64,000 bases of DNA from Octopus sinensis (GCF_006345805.1 NC_043004.1:28892001-28956000), one strand, 5' to 3'; numbered from the stretch's first letter, positions 23,660 to 36,796 are shown. The notes: a model not told the origin generated them from the letters alone. Made by a program: numbers and translations.

Positions 23660-23890
23660 ATGTGGACGTAAACACGCAAACACTGGTTGTCAAGCGGTGG
23701 AGACACTGACACATACATACGCGCGTGCGCGATGGACTTCTTTCAGTTTTCCTCTACCAAATCCACTCAAAAGGTTTTGGTTGGCCCGAGGCTATAGAAG
23801 AAGACACTTACCCAAGGTACCACGCAGTGGGACTGAACTCGGAACTATGTGACTGGAAAACAAGCTTCTTACTACACAACTAATCCTGCG
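23660..23890 (-). mobile_element. 5' half of CORE-type SINE split by the LTR element
   Basis: Matches the reverse complement of the 7195-7480 family sequence. Confidence 0.75.
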
Positions 23891-23937
23891 CTTGACACGT
23901 TGATGCACACGTTGATGTATGTATGTTTGTATGTATG

Positions 23938-23971
<34 letters not shown>

Positions 23972-24006
23972 TGTATGTATGTATGTATGTATCCATCCAT
24001 CTATCG

Positions 24007-24053
<47 letters not shown>

Positions 24054-24658
24054 AATCGATCCCCCCTCTCTCTCTCTCCCTCTCTTTCTCTGTATATATA
24101 TATTTAAAATATAATGAACGCATTAGATGATCAAACAGGAAAAATACAGTGTACTATTAAGATTGTAATAATTAACCAAATTGGTTAAATTAAATAAGAT
24201 TAAACAATTGCAGGTCTTGTCAATGTAGAAATAATTTTTTATTAATCTTATCTCCATCATCTCTCCTGGTTTTTATAATAATCCTTTCTACTATAAAATT
24301 TCTACTATAAAATTTTCCCACAAATTCCTTTATAATCGTATTCTATGCCGTTTGAAAGGGATTTGTATAAATTTTCATTAAAAGATACCCGTTTTCCTGA
24401 AAGTTATGAGGGAAAAATCAGATCGTGTGAATTTTGTGAAACCCCTCCCCACCCCTCACAAATATTCTTTCTCCTAAATCGCTATACACTCTGAAACGAC
24501 AACATCTAAGCGGTATTTGTAGAAAATTTTGTTAAAAAGTATCATATTTCTGGATGTTATGAGGTAACAAAATGGGGGCGTATACACCTGTAGTAATGCC
24601 CTTTTATTTATACGATTTTTTCATTTCATGTTTATTTCATTCATTGTTTACAATGTTT

Positions 24659-24729
<71 letters not shown>

Positions 24730-26218
24730 AATGCTTACAGATGGGCTGCTGAATTGAAATCTCTATGTTGCTTTGAGGGGAAGATAAAATTTGACAAATT
24801 GCTACTCCCTCTGTTGATGGACTACCGCGATGTTTGTTTAAAAAAGAGAGATTATGACTGTGATAAAATAATGAAAGCAATATTTACGATGCAAGTGAGT
24901 ACTGTTATAGAAATAAATAATTAGACGTAAAATACAAAAATTATTAGAAATGGGAATCAAATGTGTAAATATTTTCAAGTGGCTAGCAGAAAACAGCTCG
25001 GAGGGTGGTCTTTCTGCTAGTATATATAATAAATGAGAAATGCTTTAGTACTAAAAAACGTATATATAGGACAAACACAGAAGGACCCCAATTCTTCATC
25101 AGTTATCGACCGAAATACTAATACACAATGTCGTGCCTTTAACGACAAGACTCAGAACTTCGCATATCGGCGGCACCCGCAAAATTTGCAGAGAATTAGG
25201 TCTAGAGCAAAAAAAAAAAACGATACAGAGTGGACGTACGAAAATAAACAAATGTAATTTGAAACGATTGACGAAGACAGAATAAATACAGCCTTTCGGC
25301 CGAACAGACGCGACTGATGGAAGAAATCCTGAATGGATATAGAAAGAGAAATAGCAAGAGAGGAGATAGGTGTTAACCGGCAAGCTAAGCGTCTGGTGGT
25401 GAAAGACAGTGAGATGGGAAAATTAGTCACGAGTCACGTGTAGGCAGTAATATATGTATATATGAAAACACAGATAATAATGGAGTCTTCTGTCTATGTC
25501 TCCTATGCGACATTTTACTGAGAATTTCACAGATTGGACGTAAGAAAGGATTGTTATACAAAGCGGTTGACATATTAGTTCGAGACCTTATCTTTGTCCT
25601 CGATACTTTAAGCTGCTCCATATCGCTGAATTCATAATTCTTCTTCGGTTTATAGTAATTAACCTATAGTAATTGCGATATATATATATTTGTGTGCGTG
25701 TGTGTGTGTGTGTGCGTGTATTCACATACAGATATGTTTTTTATATAATTTTATTTGTTTTAGATAATAGAGTGCGGCCACGCTGGAGCAGCACCGTCAA
25801 AAGTTTAGTTGATCATATTAAGACGTGTTCTTACTTCCGTCTGGTAATTATTTTATGGATTTCTATTTCCGAGCTGTTGGGATGCATCACGTGAAAGGTC
25901 ACAACTTTAACAACAGACATAGACAAAGATACAGTGTCACACACACACAACAGGCTTTTATAATATCTATTTCGTAATTTCCATTCATGCATATTGATCA
26001 GAAAGGGTATAAAAGGATAGACGTTTGTCCCGGGAGTCATGCCGTGAGATTGAGATCAGAAATACACGGTTGTGAAACGAAGAATTAGTCACACAGTTTG
26101 TGTCAATACATATGCATACTTACATACACACACACACACGCACTTATAAATACACATACATATATGTTTGTATAAATATTTACATATACATACATACATA
26201 CTACATACATACATACAC

Positions 26219-26309
<91 letters not shown>

Positions 26310-26407
26310 TATATATATGCTCATATACATATACAGAAACATATATACATGTATATGTATGTATGCATGTATATATATAATATATATATATGTGTGCGTG
26401 TATATGC

Positions 26408-26461
<54 letters not shown>

Positions 26462-26510
26462 AAACAAGTCAAAAATAGAAAATGCTAAGATGATTTTATA
26501 GTGAATCTTT

Positions 26511-26548
26511 CAGTACCGGTTTCGGTCATTTTGAGACCTTTTCAACTG
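26511..26548 (-). ncRNA. Minimal type I hammerhead ribozyme motif, U3-A8 variant
   Basis: CAG-UUGAAAA-GGUC-UCAAAAU-GACC-GAAA-CCGG-UA-CUG; stem I CAG/CUG, stem II GGUC/GACC, palindromic ACCGGU stem III. Confidence 0.7.
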
Positions 26549-27101
26549 TAACGATTAAATAATTAAATTTAGAAAAATTTAGAAAAATTAGAAGAAAGGT
26601 TTTTTTAGAGGAATACTTCCATAGTAGTGTTCAGATATAGGTGGCATTCTGCCTTTCTCTGACTCCCTTGTTTGCACTTGTGTATTCGAGGTCGTTGTGA
26701 GTTCTTGAGGGGGTGGGAGTGGGAAAATCTGGGCTGGTCAGTGGCGACCGGCAGTCGCTGCGTAGGCGTTATACTTAAAGACATTAGTGACAAGGTTAAG
26801 GGGTAGAAGGTGGAGAAGTAGAAGAAGAAGAAGAAGATGACGGTGCCGATGATGATGACGATGAAGAAGAAGAAGCAGAAGGAGAAGATGACGATGATGA
26901 TGGTGGTGATGACGATGACGACGATGATGATGATAATGATGATGATGAAGAAGAAGAAGAGGAAGAAGAAGAAAAAAAACAGAGAAGGGAGAATATGAAT
27001 GGGTGAAGATATAGCTGTGATGGGGCGATTAGTAATGGATTCTATGGAATGTAATATTTGTGTGTGAATATATATTTCTTTTATTCTTAAGTTGAGGTAT
27101 A

Positions 27102-29400
27102 TTAATTGTTTGTCGTAGACCCGTTAAGAAGTGGCCTGTATTTTATAATAAAGAGATTTTCTTTACTTATTCGTTGTCTCGAGGTTGTATCGTCCCTAAA
27201 TTGGTAGAGGGGGAAAATTCTGAAGTTTGGTGTTTTTTTTGTTGGCGCAAGTATCTATGTGTTGGCTAAAAGCTATTTTTCTGTTTTGGGGAATTTTTAT
27301 CTGGGATCTGTGCAGGGCCATTCGTTTACGCAAACCCTTTTTTGTTTGGCCTATGTACTGCTCTTGACACCCGGAGCAGGTTAGTGAGTATATTAGGTTC
27401 TCCGAAGCTCATGTGAAGTTGCTTTTCACTGTAAACCGTTGTCCCTGTTTGAAGGAGAACTCAGAACCCTCGATTAGATAGTCGCATATCCCGCAATTGG
27501 GTCTTCCACATTTTTTTACTGTCGGCTTCTGTGTTGAAGAGTGAATTCGGGCTTGTGTTAGGAGACTTTTCATGGATCTAGGCTGTCTTTTGCTTTTTAT
27601 GATCGTGTGTGTTTGGAGGATTGTGTTCATTCTGTGGTCTTTTTTTAGGAGGGGTATGTTGTGGAGGATGGTGCCGAAGGCTTCGTTATTGAGAGGGTTG
27701 TGTGTGGAGATGTATGGTAAGGCTTTTGGTTGTAAGTTTTTCTTTGATTTGGGATGTCTCAGTTCCTTGATGTTAAGTTGAAGGGCACGTTGAATGCACT
27801 TGTCAATAAGTGAAGGTGGGTAGTTCCTGGTGATAAGGGTATCTTTTAGTTCTTGTAGTCGTGTGTCTCTGGTGTTTGCGTTAGAGACTATAGTGCATAT
27901 CCTTTTTGCTAGATTGAAGGGGATATTCACCCTGGTGTGTCTGGGGTGGCATGAATTGAATGGAAGATATTGCTTAGAGTCTGTAGGCTTATAGTATATG
28001 TCTGTTTCTATTATATTATTAGCTTTCTTAATGAGGATATCGAGGAAGGGAAGCTGTTGCTGGCTATATTCCATCGTGAATTGGATGTTTACGTCCAGCC
28101 CGTTTAAAATTTCCTGGAATTCTATGAGTTTTTCTATATTTTTATGCCAAAGAATGAAACAGTCATCTAGATATCTCTTCCAGTTGTTTTCTATGTAGAT
28201 GGAGAAGGGCTGCCATATCTTTCTAGAACCTTACGATACAGACTGATCTCTAGGTATCCTATGACTAGGTTGGCAAAGGAGGGGGCCATTCGTGTACCCA
28301 TCGCAGTCCCCGATTTTTGTCGGTAGAAGTTGTCATTGAAGGCGAAGAAGTTATTTTCCAGGATGAATTTAACCCCTTCTATCACGAATTCTTTTTTGAT
28401 GCGGTGTGGTAGTTCGTTGGCGTGATTCTCTAGCCAGAATTGGATTGCCTCTAGTCCTAGGTTGTGGGGTATATTGGAGTAGAGGTTGACTACATCGAAG
28501 GATACCAGTATGGTGTTTTGGTTTATAGTATTCGGTAGGTGATTGAGCATATCTAAGTCGTCCCTTATATAGCTTTTGACATGTTTGAGGAGTGGTTTTA
28601 ACAGGGTGTCTAAAAAGTTACTGAGGCGGTGGGTTTCGCATGCGGGACCTGCTATTATGGGTCTCAATTTGAGGTCATTAGGATTAGGGACTTTAATTAT
28701 TTTGTCTGTGGTTATCTTGCATGCGTTGCTTATTTTTTCACTTTTGTGGATCTTAGGTATACCGTAGAATTGGCTAGTTTTACTTGTGAAATTGGTCATA
28801 TAATCATATTCTTTGTCGGTGAGCCCTGCTTTGTATGGGTTAAATATGGATTTTAGTTCCCTCATTATTTTTTGTTGACTGTAGTTTTGTGCCTTTTCAT
28901 AGTATGTTGTGTCTTCCAGCATAGAAAGAACCAAAGTTATGTAAAAAGTCGTATCCATTAAGACAACAGCACTCCCTTTATCGGCCTCTTTGATTGTTAT
29001 TGTTTTATCTTGTTTTTTGCTGAAGTTTGGTTTGTGTTTTTGTTTGTGCATATGTTGATATGGGTAATTAGATATGTGGTCACAGAAATCATCAAGTGTT
29101 TTGTTCTTACCTTTCGAGGGGGTGTAGTTACTCCTATTTCTGGCTAACGATTCGTCCTCGTTGTATTTATCGTATAGCTCCTCAGTAAGTCTTAATTTTC
29201 TGCAGAATTCTGCGATGTCTTCTTTCATTTCGTTGTAGTTGGGGTGTTGTGGGGTGGGTGTAAACTTGAGTCCTTTGGAAAGTATGTTTATTTGGTTTGC
29301 TGTTAGTTCCTTGTGAGTTAGATTGATAATTTTTATTACTTTTGGTTCCTCCTGCTTGTTTGGTGCTATCTTGTGTCTCTGTGTTTGCGTATTGGGTCTA
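27102..29400 (-). pseudogene. PLE reverse transcriptase - GIY-YIG endonuclease reading frame
   Basis: Joinable from ORFs 28191-29228 and 27409-28074 across a -1 slip in a C run (about 28205), an in-frame TGA (27409-27411) and a slip in an A8 run (about 27235). Confidence 0.88.
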
Positions 29401-31368
29401 AAAAATGAATGCGGTGGTTGGGACGGTAGCTGTTATATAGTTGTTCTTTGTTGATGTGGGGTCTCCTGTTGTGATTTATGGTGTGTGTTCTTGAGGAGTA
29501 TTGAGGAGAGCATCCCGATATCCCATATTCGGGTGTGGTGTTCTAGGAGGCCTTCGTTGGTAATCATTGTAAGTGGTGTGGGTTTGTTGTGCATGGTTGT
29601 TTAACCGGTTGATAGGACGGAGATTTCGTTGGTAACTCTTTTGGGTGGGGATAAGGTTGCAGTGTCTATGCTGTGGGTGTTGATTTATCCATTCTCTGCT
29701 TGAAGTGGGGGTATTCCTGATATTGTAACGCTGGTTGCTTACAGAGTTAGGGTTAGGTCCTGTATTCTTTTTTTGAAAGTAGTGAAGGTTCCGATTTTTA
29801 GACAGGTGTGTATCGGTGTTTGGGTGTTGTTTTGGTTTTCTTATTTTCTGGAAAGGGTTGTTGGAGGCGTGCTCTGTTTGAAAGACGGCTTCATAGTCTG
29901 AGAACCAAATGGCGCTTTTCTCCCAGCGTTGGAGAGATTTTAGTTCTTCTTCTTCACAGTCCTCTTTCCATAGTTTGGAGAACTTCTCTTGATCTGGGCC
30001 TTGGGTCATTTTGCGAATTTCTTCGTTGATATCTTCATCGGTGGATTTTATTTTGTCCTCATTCGTTTGGGCCCTCAATTTCAGAAGTTCTATTTCCATA
30101 TATATATATATATACGTATACGCAAGCATAAATATTTACACATACACACTCACACACACACGCACACACACACTCAACACGTACACGCATAACTAGACAT
30201 ATAAGCACACAGACATGCACACATACATGTATAGAAACAAACGACTGCACTCGAATTAACGTATAACCAGTTAAGCATTCCACAGACACGTATATCCCCA
30301 ATGAAATTCTTTGGCAGGGTCGGCTCAATGCAGTGTGTGAGAAGTATAGGATTTTCCACATTTTCCGTCTACTCAATTTCTCCCACAGGGTGGGGGCGAC
30401 TGAGGCAACCGTAGAAAACGATATTTGACGGAGGATGCCACTCACTGGGACCGAACGCGGGACCTCGTGTTTGCGAAACGAACTTCTTGACTAGTCAGCA
30501 ATACTGAGCCTCGTAAATTAAATATTCTTGCTAAATTTGAGCTCTGTTTTCAAAGAGTAACTAATTAAAATCATGCAGTTGATTAGATAGATTTAGTTAG
30601 CAAGAAAATTTGAATACAGAATTTGAACTGAGTACCAGTTTTACGTTTGACATATCTGATTTTAGCAAGCTGTTGTTATGACATTTCAGTTATTTCAGTG
30701 AAAGCTATTGAACGGAGATCAGCGAGTCTTCTATGCTAAAAATAGAGAACAATCCTAGCTATTCACTTCTGAAGAATTCTATGAATTCAGCAATGAAAAT
30801 TGTTACTGAACAAAAGAAGATATATGAGATCAAACAATAACTACATTTCATTAAATATTTGAAGATAAAAAGAATATTATTCGTGAAGAAAATTGGTATT
30901 TGTGGGGAAAGGAAAATTTCTTAGAGAGAGAGATAAAAGTGAGCAATATCTTTTTTTCCTCTTTTTCCTATTTTGAAGTGATAAAAAAAAATTATCTTTT
31001 TAAATATTATTGATGAAGTCAGTGTAAATTGCTTTCATTTACATTCAGTAATTGAAACATAAACCAACCTATTACTTCACCTCTCGATCATTTACAAAAA
31101 GAAAATCAAGAAATCTTACACTGCAGTACAGTCAGGCATTTGACAATAAAAAAAAACAAAACAATGAGTTGGGCGAAAAGAGTAGAAAGGGGAGAGAATC
31201 TTCTCAATGTTTGCACAATTTCGATACTTCATAACCGTTTTAAGGATTGAGATATTTAATAAAATTGAGCAGATACATACTTTAAAGACCCCTGTGATTT
31301 TATCATATATCATCATCCCTACTCCCACACCACCTCATTCAAACCACGACCAGCACCAATAATAATAC

Positions 31369-31450
<82 letters not shown>

Positions 31451-31579
31451 CGTTCATATATTGGACACAAGTTCAGCGAAAACAAGATTGCGAAGATGAA
31501 AGAGAAAAACACGGAAAGAAAGAAATCTTACATCAATTGATAATGAAATTAAACTTGCATAATTACACACACACAAACA

Positions 31580-31636
<57 letters not shown>

Positions 31637-31989
31637 CATGCACGTGTGTGTGTGTGTATAGTCAATAAAAAAAAAACACAGTGCGGACGATACACATGTT
31701 TCAGAGAAAAGCATTAGTTGATTACGAGAAATTATGCGATGAACTTCATTGGCTTATAGCTGTTTCTGCTATAAATTGCAATACGCTCATAGTTGAGTGT
31801 TTGTGTATAACCTTATAGCTTTGCCGGAGTTTAAAAAATGGAATGTAATTTAATTTGAAAAGTATTTATATAAATATAAAGCATCACCAAAATCCAAAAT
31901 ACATATAGTGAATTCTAACATCAGGTTTTCAGTATGGCTACGCCTAAGCGAAATATTAAGATACAAAAACTCCCATCCAGTTCTAACAA

Positions 31990-32130
31990 CTAATAATACC
32001 ATGACATTAAAAAAGACTTATTTGGGAAATTCCCTAAAGAACATATCACTATCACTAAGGAAAGCTTACCTCGAAATGTTACTCCAACGTACCAACGACT
32101 TCATTCAGCACATATACACAAAATGATCCA
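31990..32130 (+). pseudogene. Possible N-terminal relic of a second PLE lineage
   Basis: NSLKNISLSLRKAYLEMLLQRTNDFIQH resembles the YSLKNIPIP...YL...K.E.FI.RMRW start of a marine-invertebrate PLE group (from memory). Confidence 0.35.
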
Positions 32131-32389
32131 AATCTTCATATTTCTGAGAGTGGATTTCCCCCTTCAAGGTCGATCCTATATTTTGGTGATGCTTTCCATA
32201 TATATATAAATGATTTCCTAAATAAAATTGCGCTTCATTTCTGAAGGTCCAGTGAAGCTATCAGGTGACACACAAGCACTCAATTATGAGTGCATTGCAT
32301 CTTATAGCAGGAACAGCTGTAAGCTAAAGCAGCTCATTACATAATTTCTTGTTCCCTTGTCATTTATGTAATCTCTCTTAAGTGTGTGT

Positions 32390-32434
<45 letters not shown>

Positions 32435-32445
<11 letters not shown>

Positions 32446-32615
32446 GCATGTGTGTGTGACGGGCTTCTTTCTGTTTCCGTCTACCAAATCCACTCACAAG
32501 GCTTTGGTTGGCCCGAGGCTAGAGCAGAAGACACTTGCACAAGGTACCACGCAGTGGGACTGAACCCGGAACCATGTGGCTGGGAAGCTAGCTACTTCCC
32601 ACACAGCAACCTCTG
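32435..32615 (-). mobile_element. CORE-type SINE 5' half
   Basis: Reverse complement of the 7195-7350 family head. Confidence 0.75.
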
Positions 32616-32677
32616 CGCCTACAGAACCACACCTGCGCCTACACAGTCACGCCTGCGCCTGTTTTTAGGTGCGACTA

Positions 32678-32956
32678 ATATGTTGGGAAATATCTCAAAC
32701 ATATTCTTCCGGCACAAACTATATATCATAACGAAATTTTAAAAATTGAATAAGAGAAGAAACGCGAGAAAAACCGAGAATGCGGCATGTAGAAAATGTA
32801 GATGGTATTTTTCGTTTTCCATTTTTTTATCTTCTGCATTTTCTATATGTTGCCTTCTCAGTTTTTTCGCATTTCTTCTCTTATTCAATTTTTTTTAGTT
32901 CGTTATGACATGTGGTTTGTGTCAGAAGAATATGTTTGAGATATTTCTCAACATAT
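32678..32956. repeat. Foldback/MITE-like long inverted repeat
   Basis: Arms of about 130 bp (ATATGTTGGGAAATATCTCAAACATATTCTTC... / ...GAAGAATATGTTTGAGATATTTCTCAACATAT) with a short spacer. Confidence 0.85.
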
Positions 32957-33086
32957 GATACCATTAAGTAGCACTTGAAGACATGTATTGTATCCTTTGA
33001 ATAAATAGTATTTATCTTTCACCAGATGGAGTACTTTTTGTTGAATTTTTTTCATCACGAAGCTGTACATTATATACATACATACA

Positions 33087-33181
<95 letters not shown>

Positions 33182-33626
33182 AACGTACATATGTATATAT
33201 ATAATCAAGGTGCAGAAATGGCGTACTCTGGATGAATAAGGTGATGTAACCCGATAGTAGAAAGAATTCCGCGAATTAGGTACTTCAAAGCCAGTCAGAA
33301 GGACGGGGGTCCGTGTGCGCGTACGGTAAATAGTTAATAAAAAAAGAGACGGAGAAAAAAAGAAAACGCGAAGCAGAGCTTTGCTCGAAACATAAAACAC
33401 CCTTTCTTTCCTTCACTGAGCGTCTTATTAATACTTTGCATGTACCTCGCATTGTTGTTTTTTCTTGTTGTCCTTTTTTCTCGGTTTTTTTTTATGAATG
33501 TATGTATGTATGTATGTATGTATGTATGTATGTATGTATGTATGCATGTATGTATGCATGTGTGTGTGTATGTATGTCTATATATATATATATATATATA
33601 TGGGGAGAGAGAGAGAGAGAGAGAAG

Positions 33627-33697
<71 letters not shown>

Positions 33698-33699
33698 GG

Positions 33700-35165
33700 A
33701 TTAATGTATTTTCGGGACCAAAAAGAAACATTCACGCAGTAAAAAATCTTTCGGTGGCGAAGTTCCTGCAATAGATGCAGGACATCGTCAACGAGTACTC
33801 CATCAGTTGATTGAGGACCATCATCGAACAACTCAGGGCGTGTGGTATACGAGGACAATAGGCACAATCTCCAGGTGATGAGCGAGGAGTAATTAAAGCT
33901 CAAGAGAAAACAAGTTAACTGTGTGTTCACGTGAATCCCTACTGGTCTCATCCCATTCATCCTGAGGCGTCGTCAGGTCAGGTGAAAGGACAATATTAAG
34001 AACTAGCTGGGAGCTGTCATCGTAGGTAACATCAGCAGCATCGACAGCCCTGGCGGCATCGGCGTAGCTGCCTGATCCTGACATACAATGGCTTTCATTA
34101 ATGTATCGGAATGTCATTAGGACGAAGAGAAGGTTTTGGTGAGGAATGTCATTAGGACGAAGAGAAGGTTTTGGTGAATGACCCGTTTCTTTGATGTATT
34201 TTGTTGAACGCAGGAGTACAACTTTTCTGAAAGTATGTTGATTGTTTTTCGCTTGGCGTCTCATCAGTTTTCCAGGGCGTTTGATCTTGGTAGCCTTTCT
34301 TCACTCTCTCAACAAGTTGGTATAATACTCTCAATTGAGTGGTGGACTTTTTGTTGATAGTCAATAAACACAATGCCTCTTGCATCTGAAAAAAAACTTA
34401 GGCCATCACCTTTCCCACAGATAAAACAAGTTTGGCCTTCTTTGGAACAGGTAAGGTGGTTGGTGTTTCCAGTGCATGGATTGTCTCTTTGCCTTTGGTT
34501 CAAAGTGATGAATCCAGCACTCATTTTGGCTTAGGAAACGTTCAAGGAAATCAGCTGGATCTGCCTGAGACAATGTCAGATTTTTCCGTGATGTGATCAG
34601 CCTGGTGCGCTTTTGATCAGGTGTTAGATGTAGCATCCACCGTGCAGAAACCTTCGTCATGCCAAGTTCATTGTGCAGAATATTCTAAACTCTCTCAGGA
34701 GATAAGTAAACAGCATTGGCTATTTGATTTATTGCCTGTCATCCATCATCATGTAGTGAACACGATCAATGTTTTCTTTGATGGTGGCAGTTGCAGGACG
34801 TCCAGACCTTGAGTCATCTTCAAAACTCTCCATTCCCCTCCTAAAATTAGCTGCCCACTTTCGCACTCTTGATAAAGCTGGAGCGTCATATCTTAATGTA
34901 GCATTCGTGTCAGCATGAATGCCGTTGGGGCCTAAACTCTTTTAATGCAGACAGTTGATAAACATCACTATGCCCAGTTTTATTGATTTCCAAGAGAAGT
35001 CGCTACTAGTGACTTTTGAGGTCTTCTTTGAACAGGGAGATATCAATTTATTTGGAAGAAAACAACGCAGCATTGATAAGAAGGGTTGAAATTAACGCTT
35101 GCAACTTTTTACATCTCTTGTATCACTCCTTCATGGTCAGCCTATGAACTTTTCAGCCCACCCAC
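33700..35165 (-). mobile_element. Mariner transposon relic
   Basis: TKVSARWMLHLTPDQKRTR...NECWIHHFEPKAKRQSMHWKH (34406-34660); end TA|CGTGGGTGGGCTGAAAAGTTCATAGGCTG at 35165. Confidence 0.75.
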
Positions 35166-35169
35166 GTAT

Positions 35170-35376
35170 ATATATATGAAAACACAATGAGAAAACACAG
35201 CAACGCAAGGGAGGACGTGGAACAAGTATAGTATTATTGGACGCTCAGGAAAGAAAGAAAGAAGGAGGGTTTAACGTTTCGAGCGGAGCTCTTCGTCAGA
35301 AACATAGGAAAAGGAAAGATCCAAAGAAGGGAAGACGGAGGAAAAAAATCGCCAACGGTACACACGCAGTCACAGT

Positions 35377-35390
<14 letters not shown>
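35170..35390 (-). mobile_element. PLE pLTR fragment with hammerhead
   Basis: Contains 35269-35303; flanked by (TA)n; related to 9560-9890 and 33340-33480. Confidence 0.65.
35269..35303 (-). ncRNA. Minimal type I hammerhead ribozyme motif, canonical core
   Basis: GUUU-CUGACGA-A-GAGC-UCC-GCUC-GAAA-CG-UU-AAAC; stem I GUUU/AAAC, stem II GAGC/GCUC, palindromic ACGU. Confidence 0.7.
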
Positions 35391-35413
<23 letters not shown>

Positions 35414-35692
35414 CACATTATGTTTATTACACATACTGGTGTGTATGTTTGTGCATTTATATGTGTAACGTGATAACAGTTTTTTAAATCATTAACTATA
35501 TACCTTGATCTTAAGTAAAACGCAAGTGCCCATTGAGATAAGAAGAAAGTATAATTTCAATCTGTTAATTACGCAATCCGAGTTTCTGTAAGAGCGAAAT
35601 TACAGACTGAATCCCCAAATTAACACTTTACAATTTCCGTGAGTGTGAAATCTCATAAACTGAGGGAGCTGTCGCGTAGAGGGTGCCTAAAG

Positions 35693-35730
<38 letters not shown>

Positions 35731-35842
35731 ATTGAGAGAGAGAGAAAGAGAGAAAGGGAGATAGATAGATATATAGATAGACACACACATACGTATATAT
35801 ATATATATATATATATCTATATATATATATATATTATATATA

Positions 35843-35878
<36 letters not shown>

Positions 35879-36138
35879 TACAAGGTGGCATATGGCTTAG
35901 TGGCTAAGGCGTTGTGCTCATAATTGTAAGGTTGTGGTTTCGATCGGTGGACAGGAGATATATTGTGTTCTTGAGCAAAACACTTCATTTCACGTTACAT
36001 GCGTGTTCAAGGCTTGATGTTTCATAAAAGTATAATTAAATAAATATGTTGATCACATGAATTGTTTGCAGGTAATGATAGGCAAATTAAAAAAAACTTG
36101 TCGTCTAAGTATTCTTTTGTATTGCCCATAATTTTTAT

Positions 36139-36437
36139 CACGTGACGACACCAGCCAATCAGAGCATTGCTTGAATGTCGTCTGCTTTAACAGACTTAAA
36201 ATGCCATGGCTGGGTTGTTCCTCCTCTGTAGCATGAAAAACGCTAACATATCAAGTCCTTGTTTTATCAACACATATCACTTCTACAAAGTCTTTCAAAT
36301 CTTCATGCACAAAAATATATTGACACTCAACATGTCACTGCATTGAATATTTTGTTATTTTGTCAAGGTTTCTGCAACAAAATCTCGACAATTCAGCAGA
36401 GTTCTAGAGATGATTTTTCGAAAGAAAACAGGTATTT
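36139..36437 (+). promoter_or_regulatory. Promoter/first-exon-like module, copy A
   Basis: CACGTGAC-N8-CCAATCAG-N10-GAATGTCGTCTGCT, then ...TTCGAAAGAAAACAG|GTATTT donor at 36431/36432. Confidence 0.5.
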
Positions 36438-36733
36438 ATTATAGAGTTGTATAATATATCTTATTAATTCTGGTAACTTGTGTTATAATATCTTATCAGA
36501 ATTTTTAGAAAAGTAATTGTGGATGAGTATGTATAAACATTTGGATCTTTAGACTACAAAGACATTCAAAATTTATGTATGCATATAATTCAAACACAGA
36601 CAGACAGACTGATGGACACTCCGACAGACAGAAGATAGATAACACACATTCACACACACACACACACCACACACACACACACACTCATCAGTATATGCAT
36701 ATATATATACATATTAAGAATATAAAGTAAATT

Positions 36734-36796
<63 letters not shown>

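Larger units (their letters stand above)
26456..30099 (-). mobile_element. Penelope-like element (Neptune-like), near full length, disrupted ORF
   Basis: IINLTHKELT...LSKGLKFTPTP; IKEADKGSAVV; FYGIPKIHK; SFDVVNLYSNIP; GTAMGT; RYLDD (28162-28173); CGRPNCGIC linker; LIYSLTCSGCQEQYIGQT GIY-YIG; ORF ends at 27102; 3' repeat with hammerhead; (TA)n at both ends. Confidence 0.92.

Noticed and set aside
26810-26985. GAA/GAT-rich tract that would encode a poly-Asp/Glu region
   Set aside because: It lies antisense within the PLE 3' UTR, with no start codon, splice context or flanking coding frame.
30840-30905. TTCGTGAAGAAAATTG|GTATTT, similar to the donor end of the 36-43 kb modules
   Set aside because: No upstream E-box/CCAAT/TGTCGTCTGCT found; the similarity is too short in AT-rich sequence.
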